A stretch of DNA of 64,000 bases from Zancudomyces culisetae HAW-14-8. Its lineage: Eukaryota > Fungi > Kickxellomycota. The notes below the pieces were generated by a model that saw only the letters and a program-made list of their open reading frames with translations, had not been told where the DNA came from and searched no databases. Made by a program: the position numbers and the translations under genes. The DNA lies in contig JBNJNM010000021.1 of the NCBI GenBank assembly GCA_052426225.1, positions 1,240,001 to 1,304,000 on the forward strand, read 5' to 3'. Position 1 is the first letter of the stretch. Every line of letters starts with the position of its first letter. Positions 14,908 to 30,271 of the stretch are shown piece after piece.

Positions 14908-15206
14908 GAAATTTTCTATTTTCTAATTTTTTCAATTTTATAATTTTACTACTTTACTTTTATTATTTAAAAATATAACGATATTAACATTTAAAAAATA
15001 AAATACATATTAAATATATTACTAGTGCTTTTTTATTTTTTATCTGTTTTGATTTTGCTTTTACTTTTGATTTTGATTTTGATTTTGATTTATTGTCCAT
15101 GTGAATTAATGATTTATTAATTATACTGTAGTTTGCAACTGAAAATACAATTTGAAATACATGAACACTTCAATATATTAAAAGATCTCTCCCGTTTGGC
15201 AAAAGA

Positions 15207-15240
15207 GTTATAGTTATAGTTATAGTTATAGTTATAGTTA
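15207..15240. repeat. (GTTATA)n microsatellite
   Basis: Five and a half perfect units. Confidence 0.9.
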
Positions 15241-17180
15241 AACTTATGTGCAATTTGGGTAGAACGGAGCGGAATCAATTCAAAGCATGACTTTTCAATT
15301 TATCCATCTATTACAATTAATTTAATGTAATATTACCTAATAGTATTACCTTTTATTTTAATAATCTAAAAATAAAATTGCTCAAATCGCCAAATCTAAT
15401 TTTTTAATTAGCCCCTCATTACTCCCAACTCCCAACTTTACCATTACTCTCTCTCTCTCTTTTTTTTTTCTTTTTCATTGTGTTTTGGAATAAATTATAT
15501 ATCATCTCAATTATTGACATTATCAGTACCTCTCAACCCTTCATTACCATTTTTACTCTTCTTTAGGAAAATAAAATAAAATTAAAAAGCAAAAACAACC
15601 CCATATTTAAAGTGTTTTCAAGGTTCATTTTGTATATCAATAATATTGAAACCGTATTACATGTTTTCTGGTAACCAAAGTTGTATTGGTGAGGGATTTA
15701 TGAATTTTTTTTTTTTCCTCAAGATTTTTTACTTGTTCTATAACCATGTACCTCACTTTAAAATAGTTTCATTTTGATTTTATTATGTAAGTAAAGAGGT
15801 GTGGATGTGGTGTGGATGTGGTGTGGTGAGAGATTTCTGGTATACTTTTTCTAACCCGAATGTTTTAATTTTATTCTTATGTTTTAGTTTTTTTTGCTAA
15901 TCATTCAAAAGCTGTTTTTCCCATCTTCCGAATTTGTAGTTTAGCAAATTATCACCAAATAATTAATTTATATTTACACTCACCCACCTCACCCGCCATA
16001 TCCTAATAATTTTATTTATTTTATTATGTATTATATCTATATACTAGATTAGGGGGTAGGGACCCGATTATTTTTTTTTTTAGAAAGGGATTTAAAATCC
16101 TGTAACCTTAGAGTTTACAGATTGGTCCTTCAAAACATTTCAGAATTATAATCGGTCTCTCTAAACTTTTATTCATTTTCTAATATTGCTAGCTTTTCAT
16201 TATTATTATTCACCATTTGGGTTTTTCTCTCCTCCTCCTCCTCCTTAATATATAATATATTCCCTTTTTTAGAAACTCAAATATACCCCAATCTCGTAAA
16301 ATCAAACTAATAATATCATCTTTTAGTCTTTTAAAATAACCTTTATTTTTCCTTTCTTCCAAGAGTATATAATCAAAGTTTGTATTACATGTTTTTAAAA
16401 AAAAACTAAAGATGCCAACCCAACCCAACCCAACCCAACCCAACCCGGGTTACTCATCTAATGAAAAGGTTAGCTATAAACAAAGCGACCCGGAAAAATC
16501 GTGGAAGGAGGAAGGAGGGAATGTGTGTTGTTTATATTGTTACATTTTACAGATGTTTATGGCGTGTACAATTCATAACAAAAGAACGGGTTGAATATTG
16601 AACCTTAGCCGTTATATCGATCAAAATTGGTTTTATTTTAGAAATTTCTATACTTGTAACTGAAAATACTACAGGAAAATTATTACCAATTAGAAAGATG
16701 CAGTGTGTAATCACTATTTTTTTTAGCATCATACTCGTATAAGTTAATACTATGTTGAAAGGTTCTAATCATCATTGTACGATTATTTTATTTTTTTTGA
16801 TAGGTGGGGGAGGGAGGGGAAGAAAAAAAGGTAGAAATACAAAGAGTTAACAAGAGAAACAGTTAGTGAGAGAGACAGAGAGAAAGGGAAAACAAGAGTG
16901 AAAAGTATCGATCTTGAATTCAATATAAATATGAATAGAAAGATGTTGGAAAAAAAAAGAAAAAAAAAAAAAGATAAATACAACTCGCATACAATTAACT
17001 ATAGCATAAAAACTCTACTTGGTCTTCTTGTTGGAATTGTCACATACAACACATTACACCTAGCATACACAATATACTACATATAGACTTGTGCACTGTT
17101 TACACACAGTGAGAAATACCCGTTTCGCCCAGAAAAGAAACAAAAAGTAAAGTAAAATAAAAAAACACAAATATCTGGAA

Positions 17181-18352
17181 ATGAACAGTATTATTTCTTC
17201 CTTTATCACTATGGGCGCATACATGGAGCGCTTTCATTTAGTCGGAAATGCGGCTGATAGGATGCCTATAGGTTATACACCAGCATGGTATGAAAAGTTC
17301 TGGTTATCCATATTCGAGGGGCGCAATGAGACCTTGATGTATGGACTGGTGATCTTTTCTTCCCATATTTCGCTTTATATTGCTAGCTATTTTTTGCAAC
17401 TAGCTATAGAACGCATTCCTTCACTGCAAAAATATAAACTACAACAGGTAAGTTTATCAGTCTTTCTTTTTTTTTCTAAACTCAATCAGATTTGTTTATA
17501 TATATATATTATGTATGATGTATATTATTTAGAAAAATAATCACAAATTAAACATTCTTGAAAACTATAATTGGGTAAAAAAATAAATGTAAAAGCGTAT
17601 ATCACTGAAAAAATAAATAGGATGTATATGTAACAAACGAAGAGTTGTGGAAGGGAGTGCGCATATTCTTGGCAAATATGTTTCTTATCCGATTTCCAAC
17701 AATTATGCTTTTTTTCCCCGCAGTGGAATCTCAGAATTTTGATCTCTCGGTTCCTTTCCCACCACTATATATCATCGCAATCCAAGTTTTTGTTTTCATG
17801 CTTTCGGATGATTTCTGGCACTATTGGTCCCACAGATTGCTTCATGTTGATTTTATGTATCGAAATGTTCACATAATTCACCACGAATACACCGCACCTT
17901 TCGGGATAATAGGGGATTATTCGCACCCAATTGAATCAATTGTCTATGCTCTTAACGCGGTCAGTGGACCAATCATGTACTCATTGGTGGCTAGTTATAC
18001 AGGTGCTTTTAAGGGTGCTCATGTAATTGCCATACTTGTGTGGATTCTAGTAAAGACATTTGAATCTATCGAGGTGCACACCGGATACGATTTTCCATGG
18101 TCACCAAACAAATGGATTCCAGTATGGACAGGTGCTGACCACCACGACTATCACCACATAGAAATTAGTAACAACTTTGCAAGTATGTTTAGACACATGG
18201 ACTATATCTTTGGGACTGATAAATTATACCGAGAACATTACAATAAGCGAAAGCAACTGGAGTTGAAAATGCATCAAAAGAATCAAAAGAATCAGAAGAA
18301 TCAGAAGAATCAAAAAATTCAAAAAGATCAAAAGGTTGAAAAAGAAGAATAA
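17181..18352 (+). CDS. ERG25: Sterol C4-methyl oxidase / fatty acid hydroxylase superfamily protein; exons 17181-17447 and 17621-18352, about 332 aa
   Basis: His boxes HRLLH, HIIHH and HHDYHH; HTGYDFPWSP motif; GTAAGT donor at 17448 and TAG acceptor at 17620 join the two ORFs in frame. Confidence 0.85.
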
Positions 18353-19628
18353 ACCTTTTAACCGTAAATTTTTCATTCTACAATCAATTGATCCAACCTC
18401 GATATTTTTATAAAACTCATCCCATTTTTATAAAGCATTTATACAATATTTCTTGTAGTTTATTCATTATTTTTTTACAATTCAGTATTAGCAAAAGTCT
18501 TTTGTTTGCAAGCTAAACTAGCTACTGCAATATAAAAATGCACTGATAATTTAAAAAATACCATATGTCTCTAAAAAAATACCAAACTTATTAAGAATGA
18601 AGAAACGATTGAGTATAGAATGTGAAATAATAAAATTTATAATCAACTATTTTGGGTTTTAGGAAGTATTTATATTCATTACACCACACATTGTAAAGTA
18701 TACTTAGTATTTAAGGTTCTATAAAACGTCATCGGATTTAGATGTGCATAAATACTCGAGTCCATCAAGAGAAACCGGATGAGCCGATCAAATCGTTAAT
18801 ATAGGATAAATTTTTTTATGTGGATAAACTAACAGTGGTAGAGAATTATGGAAACAACAATACAAGAAAACTCTGATATCAAAGGAATTGATAGCCTTTA
18901 ATAATCAAACCACTGCAAGACAAGTCAATAAAAAAGTATAAATCATGATCCCAATAATCTTAATTCAAGGGTGTATACTTTTTTCAAAAAAAAAATAAAA
19001 ACACAATCAGTCCTGCAGTCAAAGTGGTAAATACTAGATTGAATAAAAAAGATAACAGGGCTGAAAAGCTAGCAAAAAGAGTAAGCAGGTTTTAGGGGTT
19101 GCAAGGATCGTTTATCTCAAACTACAGCACTATATGCAATATTTAGAAAACGAAAACTAAAAGGGTCAAGATCTTTGGTTAAAGCCTTTCCAATTCTGGA
19201 TAATTATCTTGACTCAATTCAAATTATTGAAAATCATTTTAGCCCATTTCCGAATGATTTAAAGTTTCCGGTGGGATATTGTGAGAATGCCAAGGTACAT
19301 ATCTTTTATTTAATTATTATATTACTTTTGCAACACTAATTATATATTGAATGTTGAAACGAAAAGATAGTAAAATATATCGACACCCTCTATAACAGTC
19401 CAGAATTCCAGCATTTTCTGATAATCAAAAGTTGTCCTACACATCAAATACACATCTGGTTCATTTAATACCGCTTTTTTAAAAAGTTTCAAAGTATAGT
19501 AGCTATAATTTCTAGCATCAAGAGATTCGATTAAACTTGATTTTTCCTCGAATAGTACAAACCATGAAACTAGTTCAGATAGGTAATATACCCACTCGTC
19601 ACCCTAATTCAAGTAGTTCCGCTGATTT

Positions 19629-20632
19629 TTAATTATTTTTCTCGCTATATTCTTGTTGAATCTTGCTTTGTAGATACATGGCATCAATCTCTGAAACATT
19701 ACTCCCATATACTGTCGTTTCCACACACTTCTCAATCTCGACTTTCTGTTTTACCGTATTTAAACATTTATAAAAAGCAAACACTATTCCGATAAGTTGA
19801 GCTTCTGCATTAACGCTACTACTTGGAGTTTGTACTTTGTCTCTTACACACATTCTGTTTTTAAAGTTATAAAAGTTTATATGGCTGTATCAATTTCAGA
19901 TTTTATGCTGATATTTATATTTTGTATTTTTAGATATAGCTGCGATATTGTTAGCTTGTTGCTTTTATCAAACCCAAAAATATCCAATATGTTTTGTACA
20001 TAGCTATTGAGAGTGTGTTTGTCTCGCTCGCTGTCTCTGATACTTCTTAACACCGGTGTAATACACTTATATATGTATTTATTGCTAGCCTGATTCATTA
20101 ACTGCGTGATTCCACTTTTACTGTGTATCCTTCAGCTCAAGAGAATCATGATCGGTTTTTTTAAGCACTTTGTATTTTTGTATTGCGTTTCTATATTATC
20201 GTATTCAGTAAAAATCAAGTACTTGTGGTTGTCCTTTTTCCCCTCCTCTTTCAGTTTGGTTTCACTATTAGAACGAGTATATAATTTCTCTAATTCATCA
20301 TAGAAATGCATAAATGGTAACGACAGTATATAACTCAGGTTGTCAGTTTCCTCCTTTTCAACGATAAATTTTATAAATCTTTTCTTCGCATCCTTCAGAA
20401 ATTTGTGATCCACGCTGAACACCTCTTGGTCAGTAAAATCCGTCTTTATGTCTACTAATCTGAGTTCCTCATCTTCATATATTACCTCCTTACCCTTGAA
20501 AAATACAATATTAGATGTGAGAATATTTCTGATGAATGATGTAAACATATTGTCGTAGTTAGGACTGATTTCATTTTTCTTTATTAATTCTCTATATTGA
20601 GTGTTATATATACAAGAAAAATTCATTAACAA
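19629..20632 (-). pseudogene. Possible fragmented or degenerate coding region of unknown product
   Basis: Three consecutive minus-strand ORFs (166, 73 and 74 aa) with protein-like charged composition; no recognisable motif and no clean gene model. Confidence 0.3.
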
Positions 20633-23562
20633 ACTTTGGTGTATATTTATGATTTTCTTGGTAAACTCCTCCCGATAACGACAGGTATATTTGTTTTTGT
20701 ATTTACCAGTTGTATTAATCGGATATTTATAGTTATATATACTAAGCTTTATCTATTGAAAAAGTGCTTATGATATATATTTCACTCGATTTACTTGTTG
20801 AGTCAAAAGTAATACATGCTTTTTCAGGCAATAATTACCTTTTTTTTCTCGGATTCATCCATTTCCAAAGTATTTGATTTAAGAGCTAGTATAAACCATT
20901 TTCTTACAATATTACAATTGTGTTGGGTTTGATTTTTGTATCCATCCACTTTTGCGTTATTTTTGTCTTTTTTAACTACAATTTATCTTGTTATGTATAC
21001 TTGAATACAATAAAAAATGATTTTCTTCTAGTAACAATAATACAATTTATTCTATATTTCTTTTACTACAAACAAGTTAGTATATGCATTAAGCTTTATT
21101 CACCATAAAACCATTGTACTTGACACAATTTAGTATCTACGAGTTTTTTTTTGAAGAATATCTAGCTATTTTTCCTTTTATTCAACTCTTATCCCCAAAT
21201 AACACAATTAAGGCTACAACACTTATTGTGGTTGTTGATATTTTGTCAATATATATAATACCGCATTTATAGAAATATCGTATATGTGGTCGCTACGAAT
21301 TCTTCGCCATTTTCCTAAAACAAAATACTAAATACAAAATAACGCGTGCAAAGGTGTGTGAGATCATCATGCTTTGTGTATCTGCCTATTAACGAGCAAA
21401 GTCTTTGGCAGTATAACCATTTTCACTAGGTTGTGTTATGAATAGGTAATCAAATATGTATGTATTAACAACCTCAGCTGTAAAAGCAACATATACTATT
21501 TCCTTTTAAACCAAAAAAACGATAAACAACTGACACATATACACAAGGTCAACTCGACATAGGTTTGCGTAATTGAAGCTAGTATTAGCCTTTCCAATAA
21601 TGAGGAGGTGGCTCGGGTGTTTCCAAGCCGGGACAAAACGCTAAAATGTGATTTACAGTTGCATTCACTGATACATAAACTACAGTCAACTAAAATGCAC
21701 AAGCATCGAATGTCTGGGTTTATTCCACGAGTTTGTTTAACATTGAAATACACAAATTAAAAACGACATAACCTCAAGAACCCGCTTAATAGGCTACGAC
21801 GTCCCAATTAAATGGTCTAATGTTATTCCATATATAATTGTTTAATATTGGAATTATTGCAAACTAGAAATGTAAATATATGATTTATTAATCTCTATAT
21901 GCTACTTTTGTGTCTCAGCACCCAATAGGCTAGTGATAACTTTAATATTATAGTCCCGTATATTTAAAATAATGTAACTCACTAGTGCACTAGTATTTCT
22001 GGTTTTCCACATTCTAATATCTTTTGTTTTTTTGTCCAAGGAAAGATACACATATTGAAGGGATATTGGTAGCAAAATAGGCTATTCTACATCTGTTTAT
22101 GCCTCTAAATAGTTGCACACTAATATATATTGCAACCAATATTGACTCAAATTATTATCTCGGAAATAAAATTCTCGGTTATTTACTTCATCTCTTTTTT
22201 TCTAAACCTAAAGGTGCCACAAGTTCAATCATAAAAAACAACAGAAAGCAGTATTAATTAATTCCAATAATAAACATGTCCAGTTCCACCGAGCACAAGT
22301 TAAATAGCTATTTATTGCTAGTCTTTTTTAATAACACACAACTTATATGAAGATTTTTCAATTTCATAGGTATTAAGGTTCATTGCAGTTATTATTTATC
22401 ATGGAATTTTCAGGGGTTACAGAAAACCGAGGTAGTTAATACCCAGTTTCATCAAGCAGTTGTACTGATTTTATTTAATTGCGCTTGTATCAATTTCTGA
22501 AAGGATCCACCACAGACATAGAGAACTAATTCGTTAGATATGCGTTTTTCGAAATGTATTATATTTTTAGTTTAAGATATGTTTAGCTAATAAATTGAAA
22601 TACACTCAATTTTTGGGCAGTATGAAATGTGCTGACTCAAAAAATAATAATGGCTTAATAAACGTATCCAATTAGCACTAATTTTGAATGAATATAGCTT
22701 AGGCTATTTTCCCCATAGAATACACACTTTATTAATTAAAGCTTGTGTGCTATTTACCTGGCAAAGCCGTACAGCAATAAAAAAAGTACAAATCATCTTA
22801 CATTTGGTGTGCAAGACCGATTGATTTGATTTGATTTGATGTGATGACATTTCTTGTAAATGAAAATCATCAAATTTTCTTGCCAATTTCAGCTGTATTA
22901 TTAATTCTCGATTAATTATTAATAAGATAGTCCATAATAGTAAAGCGTATCATTAAACAAAAACAAAATTTATATATATACTACCATCAAGTGATCGTTA
23001 GTTTTCAATATTCAATGTGGCAATTATTAACGCGGTTTTGTGCTGACTTTGGTAATAGCCAGTCGGATGAAAAAAAAATAGCTTAACATTTTCAAATTAA
23101 TAACTGTGAGAGTAGGCTTACATTTTGCAGTGATTTTTGATCAGTTGTAATGAATAACTAAACTTCCTGCTTCAACTCAAAGCATTCAATAATTATGGGA
23201 GAAAAATAAAACGTTGGGAAAGTAAAAATGTTATAAAAAACTATAATTTTTAGTGGGCAATAATCAAGTTTTTTCATTTAAAACATTTCATCCCGAAAAT
23301 CGAAAATATTAATTATCCAGGATCAGGTAAAGCGATAATTTAAACATTTGCTATTTACGAATTACTGTATGATTCTTCATTCAATTAAAGTAAACGAAAG
23401 CAAGATTAATTAAGTTCAAGATAGGAGTAGTGAGAATGCATATATTCACATAAAATAGATATAAAACGGACCAAAAGGTCCAATTTGCTTCAAGAATCCG
23501 TCCTAATAGAAACGCAGCATTTCTTTCCTTTCTAACCTTCTTTAAAAAACCAATAATTTATA

Positions 23563-26500
23563 ATGAAGATAAGCACACTATACAGTGCTTTATACGCCAC
23601 AATCCTTACTTCTTCAGTGTTGGCTGGAGAGGTACAGGGAAAAAGAGCAGTTCGTAACATTGAAAAACTCCACAAGAGAGAAGCAGCCAGGCTATTGCGC
23701 AGACAAGCCGCTATCCAAACTATAACTATTCCTGGTTTTACAGCTGACGGTGTAACTGTTTCTGGCACCACAATTTCTGGTTCTACGATTCTCGGAGAGA
23801 CAATCAACCCTACCACAGTTCCTGGTATTACACGACCTGGTTCCACGATTCCCGGAGAGACGATCAACCCTACGACAGTTCCTGGCATTACACGACCTGA
23901 CTCCACATCTCTTGGGACCACGGTTGATCCTATCATAGTTCCTGGTATTACAAGACCTGAATCCACATCTCTTGGGACTACGGTTGATCCTGTCATAGTT
24001 CCTGGTATTACACGACCTGACTCCACATCCCTTGGGACCACAGTTGATCCTATCACAGTTCCTGGTATTACACGACCTGACTCCACATCTCTTGGGACCA
24101 CGGTTGATCCTGTCATAGTTCCTGGTATTACACGACCTGACTCCACATCTCTTGGGACCACAGTTGATCCTGTCATAGTTCCTGGTATTACACGACCTGA
24201 CTCCACATCTCTTGGGACCACGGTTGATCCTGTCATAGTTCCTGGTATTACACGACCTGACTCCACATCTCTTGGAACTACAATTAACGATATTATACTT
24301 CCCGGGACCACAGTAGAACAAGTTGTAGTTCCTGGAGTTACGATTGATGATATTATAATTCCTGGCTATACAATTGCTGCCTCGACACGTTTTGGAATTG
24401 CTTTTCCTCCAATCACCATTCCAGGAACAACAACACGTGGTACCACGATAAATCCTGTCACAACACCTGGAATCACAATACCAGGCTCTACAATAACTGG
24501 AACCACAGTTCCCGGAACTACAATAGCTGGAACTACAGTGGAGGAAAGTACAATAACTGGAACCACAGTGCCTGGGACTACAATAGCTGGAACCACAGTA
24601 GAGGAAAGTACAATAACTGGAACCACAGTGCCTGGGACTACAATAGCTGGAACCACAGTAGAGGAAAGTACAATAACTGGAACCACAGTGCCTGGGACTA
24701 CAGTAGCTGGAACTACAGTGGAGGAAAGTACAATAACTGGAACCACAGTGCCTGGGACTACAGTAGCTGGAACTACAGTAGAGGAAAGTACAATAACTGG
24801 AACCACAGTGCCTGGGACTACAATAGCTGGAACCACAGTAGAGGAAAGTACAATAACTGGAACCACAGTGCCTGGGACTACAATAGCTGGAACTACAGTA
24901 GAGGAAAGTACAATAACTGGAACTACAATACCCGAGAGTATAATAACTGGAACTACAGTAGAAGAACGTATAATATCTGGAACTACAATACCTGAAAGCA
25001 TAGTATCTGGAACTACAATCCCGGGTGATGTAGTACCTGGAACCACAATTGCTCCAAGTACATACACAGTGACTGGTCCAACTACGATTCCAGGATTGAC
25101 AATCCCAGGTGTCGTCACAATCAACGGTTTTACATCTACAGATTCTTCAGTACCAACCACGCCTTCAGGCTTGACTTTAGGTCAATTCTTGGCTGCATTG
25201 AATCGTCTTGGAGTACCAGGAGTACCATCTTTGGACGAACTCAGTGCTTTGCTTGGTGTTTCTCTATCAGCTGATATGTCAATTGCTGATTTCTTGGATG
25301 TACTTGCTCAATTGGGTTTGGATTTGATTCCAGCTGAAATCCTTGAATGGCTCCAAAATCCAGCAGCCCATCTACGTGAATTGATTGAATTTATCATTGA
25401 ATGGCTTAGAAGAATACGCGATCACCACAGACCAACTACAACACCTACACAAACCTCAGCCGAAACCACATCCGAAACCACATCCGAAACCACAACCGAA
25501 ACCACATCCGAAACCACATCCGAAACCACAAATGATACCACAGCCGAAACCACAACCGAAACCACAGCCGAAACCACAACCGAAACCACATCCGAAACCA
25601 CATCCGAAACCACATCCGAAACCACATCCGAAACCACATCCGAAACCACAGCTGATACCACATCCGAAACCACATCCGAAACCACAGGCTACCCAACCGT
25701 CGCTCCAACCACCGGATACCCAACTGTTGCACCAACCACAGGCTACCCAACTGTTGCACCAACCACCGGATACCCAACTGTTGCACCAACCACCGGATAC
25801 CCAACCGTCGCTCCAACCACTGGATACCCAACCGTCGCTCCAACCACTGGATACCCAACTGTTGCACCAACCACCGGATACCCAACCGTTGCACCAACTA
25901 CCAGATACCCAACCACAGGATACCCAACTGTTGCTCCGACAACAGGCTACCCAACCACGGGATACCCAACCGTTGCACCAACCACAGGCTACCCAACCGT
26001 CGCTCCAACCACTGGATACCCAACCGTCGCTCCAACCACTGGATACCCAACTGTCACTCCAACCACCGGCTACCCAACCGTCGCTCCAATATACACTAGC
26101 AACCCAATCACCACCTATATTCCATGTGTCCCAACCACTACCACCTCAACTGCATATCCAACTGCCCCAACTACCATCACCACCACTGTTACAGTTCCAG
26201 GATGTCACTACTGCACTGTTGTGACAACCATCACTGTTACTCCAAACACCACAGGAACCCCAGGTTGTGAAACTGAACCAGTAACCGTAACTGTTACTCC
26301 AAGCACTCCAGGATGTACTTACTGTACCGTTCCAAGCACCATTACCTACACACCTAGCCCAACAACTGCAACTGTGACCGTATACCCTACCGCACCAACC
26401 ACCATTACAATCACCCCAAGCACTCCAGGATGTACTTACTGCACTGTACCAACCACCATTACTTATACTCCAGTCCCAACTACAACCACCTACACTTCTG

Positions 26501-27213
26501 GCCCAACAGTAGTAACCACAACAGTATATCCTACCAGCTCAATCACAATCACTGTCTATCCACCAGCACCACCAACCGTTGCTCCAACCACTGGATATCC
26601 AACTGTTGCACCAACCACCTCAACTGGGTACGCTACCGTTACTGTAACCAACTCAACCACCAGCTACACAACTGTTGTACCAACCACCGTATACCCAACT
26701 GTTGCACCAACATCAGGATATCCAACTGTTGCGCCAACCACCTCAACTGGGTACGCTACCGTTACTGTAACCAACTCAACCACCAGCTACACAACTGTTG
26801 TACCAACCACCGTATACCCAACTGTTGTACCAACCACCGTGTACCCAACTGTTGCACCAACATCAGGATGTGTCTGCCCAGTTGCTCCTAAGCCATCAAA
26901 CTGTATTCCAGTTACTCAATACTTACCAACTGTCACCGTTACCCCAACCGTCACAGTCACAGCCAGCTGTGAGGTAGTTACATACTATCCAACCACAAGC
27001 GCTGCTCCTTCATCCACATCCACATCCACATCCACATCCACATCCACATCCACCCAAATCTCCACTGTCACCGTAACATCATCACAAACCGCCTACCCAA
27101 CCACTACAACTACAGCTACTACATCAGGTTACCCACAGCCATCCTCATCTGATAGCGAGACATGTGTCACCATCCCCGTGGTAACCACGGTTGTTGTTAC
27201 CAAGGTGTACTAA
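23563..27213 (+). CDS. Secreted Thr/Pro-rich multi-repeat protein (adhesin- or mucin-like), 1216 aa
   Basis: Signal peptide [21 protein letters not shown]; dibasic KR/RR sites; 20-aa repeats [20 protein letters not shown] and [20 protein letters not shown]; (TSET)n; (GYPTVAPTT)n; three PGCxYCTV motifs. Confidence 0.85.
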   Translation: MKISTLYSALYATILTSSVLAGEVQGKRAVRNIEKLHKREAARLLRRQAAIQTITIPGFTADGVTVSGTTISGSTILGETINPTTVPGITRPGSTIPGETINPTTVPGITRPDSTSLGTTVDPIIVPGITRPESTSLGTTVDPVIVPGITRPDSTSLGTTVDPITVPGITRPDSTSLGTTVDPVIVPGITRPDSTSLGTTVDPVIVPGITRPDSTSLGTTVDPVIVPGITRPDSTSLGTTINDIILPGTTVEQVVVPGVTIDDIIIPGYTIAASTRFGIAFPPITIPGTTTRGTTINPVTTPGITIPGSTITGTTVPGTTIAGTTVEESTITGTTVPGTTIAGTTVEESTITGTTVPGTTIAGTTVEESTITGTTVPGTTVAGTTVEESTITGTTVPGTTVAGTTVEESTITGTTVPGTTIAGTTVEESTITGTTVPGTTIAGTTVEESTITGTTIPESIITGTTVEERIISGTTIPESIVSGTTIPGDVVPGTTIAPSTYTVTGPTTIPGLTIPGVVTINGFTSTDSSVPTTPSGLTLGQFLAALNRLGVPGVPSLDELSALLGVSLSADMSIADFLDVLAQLGLDLIPAEILEWLQNPAAHLRELIEFIIEWLRRIRDHHRPTTTPTQTSAETTSETTSETTTETTSETTSETTNDTTAETTTETTAETTTETTSETTSETTSETTSETTSETTADTTSETTSETTGYPTVAPTTGYPTVAPTTGYPTVAPTTGYPTVAPTTGYPTVAPTTGYPTVAPTTGYPTVAPTTGYPTVAPTTRYPTTGYPTVAPTTGYPTTGYPTVAPTTGYPTVAPTTGYPTVAPTTGYPTVTPTTGYPTVAPIYTSNPITTYIPCVPTTTTSTAYPTAPTTITTTVTVPGCHYCTVVTTITVTPNTTGTPGCETEPVTVTVTPSTPGCTYCTVPSTITYTPSPTTATVTVYPTAPTTITITPSTPGCTYCTVPTTITYTPVPTTTTYTSGPTVVTTTVYPTSSITITVYPPAPPTVAPTTGYPTVAPTTSTGYATVTVTNSTTSYTTVVPTTVYPTVAPTSGYPTVAPTTSTGYATVTVTNSTTSYTTVVPTTVYPTVVPTTVYPTVAPTSGCVCPVAPKPSNCIPVTQYLPTVTVTPTVTVTASCEVVTYYPTTSAAPSSTSTSTSTSTSTSTQISTVTVTSSQTAYPTTTTTATTSGYPQPSSSDSETCVTIPVVTTVVVTKVY

Positions 27214-30189
27214 TTTGGAATTTTTTTCACAGTTTATCATTTTATACTTTTTTTTTTACCATTGTAATTGGTGGCTCAGTTTTCTTGATCGAATTGAGAT
27301 AAATAAACATTTTTTTTCTGGGATATGAGAGTGGAAAAATAGTTATACCAAGAAAGTATCTTTGTTTTTAGCTCTTTAGTTGGGTATATATTATACTTGA
27401 ATACGCAGTTAGATATATGTTGATTTATAAATACAGGCAAAGTCAACATTTCAACATTCACTCAAATATAAAAGACTGCTTTGCATAATTGAACAACTAT
27501 GGGGATTTGGAAATGAATGGGAATTTAGTGTAAGTAGTGTCTTTACCTAGAACACGCGCCTGGTGAATGGAATCTCTAAAAGAATGTGAAGATCGATTGG
27601 TTAACCATGTACTGTATGTAATTTTTTGAAGCGATTTTTGATATATTTAGTAATAACATTAGAGAAATGACATACAAATGGGCACCTCCTCACCAATAAC
27701 TACAAAAAGGCTTATATTGTTTGGAAAATGGGAAAAATTATTGTGTTATTGTAACATTGCTCAATGACTAAAAACAAATGTTAATTTTGTATAGAAATCT
27801 AGTCTTTTTGTATAAAAATTATCATTTCAAACATGAGTGCCTAAATTCAACATTATTATAGGATTTATCAAGTCGAAAGTTAAATTGATAATCTGAAAAA
27901 GGATAAAGCGATTGAACAAATACTAGGTTTGTTCTGTTTCTTGTATTAAAGTTGTTTAAGCAGAGATTCATAGTAACACCTATAGGCTAAATTGAACCAC
28001 AATACTTAAACAAAAGAAAAAAGATAATTAGACTTGTATTAATTATTAAATATAAGCATAAAAATAATTATAAACATGTAAATCATAATACTGAATTTAT
28101 CACTAAACAATGACCAAAGTTTAAAATTGATACTTTCAATGTGGCTAAATTAAAAAATTATAGGTGCAAATTATTAATGAGAATCATAGTTCATATAGTA
28201 TTGAATATTAAATTTAAAGACCTGTTTAATAGAAATGATTGCCTATTACAGTGATAATTTCAAATAAGCTAAAGTAAAAATACAGACTCATAAATAGTAA
28301 GTATAAATACAACGGATTGAAAGAAGTAATAGTTATAATTATAACTATATAATTAATTGAATTAATATTATTTTAAAACATTTATGCTTTCTGCAATATA
28401 ATTTAAATGAAGACATAATAGTGGTGTGGTAAAAGCAACATTTTATTTATCTTGACCAATTTTATCATATAGTTATATGATTATCTAACTAAACCTCAAA
28501 ATACTACTATAGAACTATCTAACTAACTACTAACTAACTTTCTTTTGCCTATAGTTCATCTTTTACTATATATGAAGTTAACTATGTATAGAGTATATAA
28601 TGTACCTACTTATTATCAAGTTTCGAATGTGAAGGGTTGATCACGACAATTATTTACATAAATTAATCAAGTATTAAACTATTCAACTTGATTTCATCAA
28701 ACAATTGTTGGTGATAATCAAATCTAAATATAATAACATAACTAAAAAAAGCCAAAAAATTGCTAAAAATGCAAATTTATACAGTTTTAATGAGTTTTTA
28801 TAATAGGATTATACGTATTATTTTTAGATACTGAACACGAATAGCCTAACCAAATCAATGTTGATAAATATGTACATATATTTCAATTATCTTGATATTG
28901 TGGAAATTCGATGTTTAATTAGATATCAAAATTATCAATAGTTAGAACAAGAAGGTAATACTGCGTATTAGAATTAAATTTAGAAGCCTTAAAAAACATA
29001 GATATAGTAAAATAAATGAAAATGAAATGGATCCAGCAATTCATACAGTAAGGGAAGAGAAAGTATATCAACATAAAACACTATAATTAATTTTTAAAAG
29101 AAGGAAAATAACAAATAAATGTGTAAAAACATAACCTTTTAGATAGCAAAACCGAATCAATAAGTGAAGAGGACTTCAACTGAGATTTAAATAGCGACGA
29201 GAACAATAAAAATAATATAAGGCCTAGTTAAAAATTATAGAGTAAGAAAAACTATAGAGTTTTTATTTAATGTTATTATAGATTTATATTAATACTAATT
29301 CTCCTTTATTAAGGAAGCAGTTAAACTAAAACAATATTCTGATACCAATAAGTGGAAGCTAGATAAATTAGTTAAAATGATATAATTAGTAAATTCGATA
29401 TTGAGACGATATACAAATAAATCTAAATGTAATTAAAACAATAGGTACTGCCTTCTTAACGGAAATTAAAATATAAGTATATTTAACTACTGTTGATTAT
29501 GAATAAGAAGTCGATAACACATTTAAAGAAGTGTAATTTGAACATAAGAGTCATAATCTGCTTGATAACTAATCAGTGATGTGAGATAAATACAGACGAA
29601 GAGCTATACAAGCTAATCACCATAATTTCAAAAAATATATAACATAATTAAATATCTATAATTAATCTAGTAATTTTATTTTGTTCAATAATAGAATTTG
29701 AAGTAACACTATAAAAAGAACTTTAACAACAAATAGATTAAATATATAAAATTAATAAATATAGAAAAAAGTAGATGATATTAAAGATCTCAATATTATA
29801 AGCTTAACTGATTATATGTTTGGTATAACTCTGAAAATGAAAATATACTAAAGTCGCAAATCAGAAAGCTAGTTCAGATTACCGTTAATGAACGTGTAAC
29901 TTCTATACTAATGATATAATATTAATAATGCAAAAAATAAACTAAATTAATAAACAAGTACAGATTAATTATATTTAAAAAAAACTGTATAAAAGAACAT
30001 TCTGATAATAAAGAAATGTAATTGTTTTATTAGCAACTATCGTATATTTTCTAACGATTCGGTGTTGAACTACTAATTTAATGTAAATATATTAAATCTA
30101 GATTGTCCTAATGGAGTTAAAATTTATAATTAAATAGATTAGCAAGTGAAATGATTGAAAAATTGTGTGTTAAAATGAACAAAAAAAAT

Positions 30190-30263
30190 TGATTTCTGCC
30201 GGACTCGAACCGGCGACCGTCTGTGTGTTAGACAGACGTGATAACCATCTACACCAAGAAATC
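30190..30263 (-). tRNA. tRNA-Val (AAC)
   Basis: GATTTCTTGGTGTAGATGGTTATCACGTCTGTCT-AAC-ACACAGACGGTCGCCGGTTCGAGTCCGGCAGAAATCA folds to a full cloverleaf with A and B boxes; T-run terminator downstream (A-run 30181-30188 on +). Confidence 0.97.
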
Positions 30264-30271
30264 TGATGTTG

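Noticed and set aside
19150-19370. Possible plus-strand exon and GT-AG intron
   Set aside because: Could not be extended into an open gene model
23820-26090. 60-, 12- and 27-bp tandem repeats as a possible CRISPR array
   Set aside because: No unique spacers; in-frame coding repeats in a eukaryotic gene
23532-26891. Long antisense and alternate-frame ORFs over the repeat protein
   Set aside because: By-products of stop-free tandem repeats
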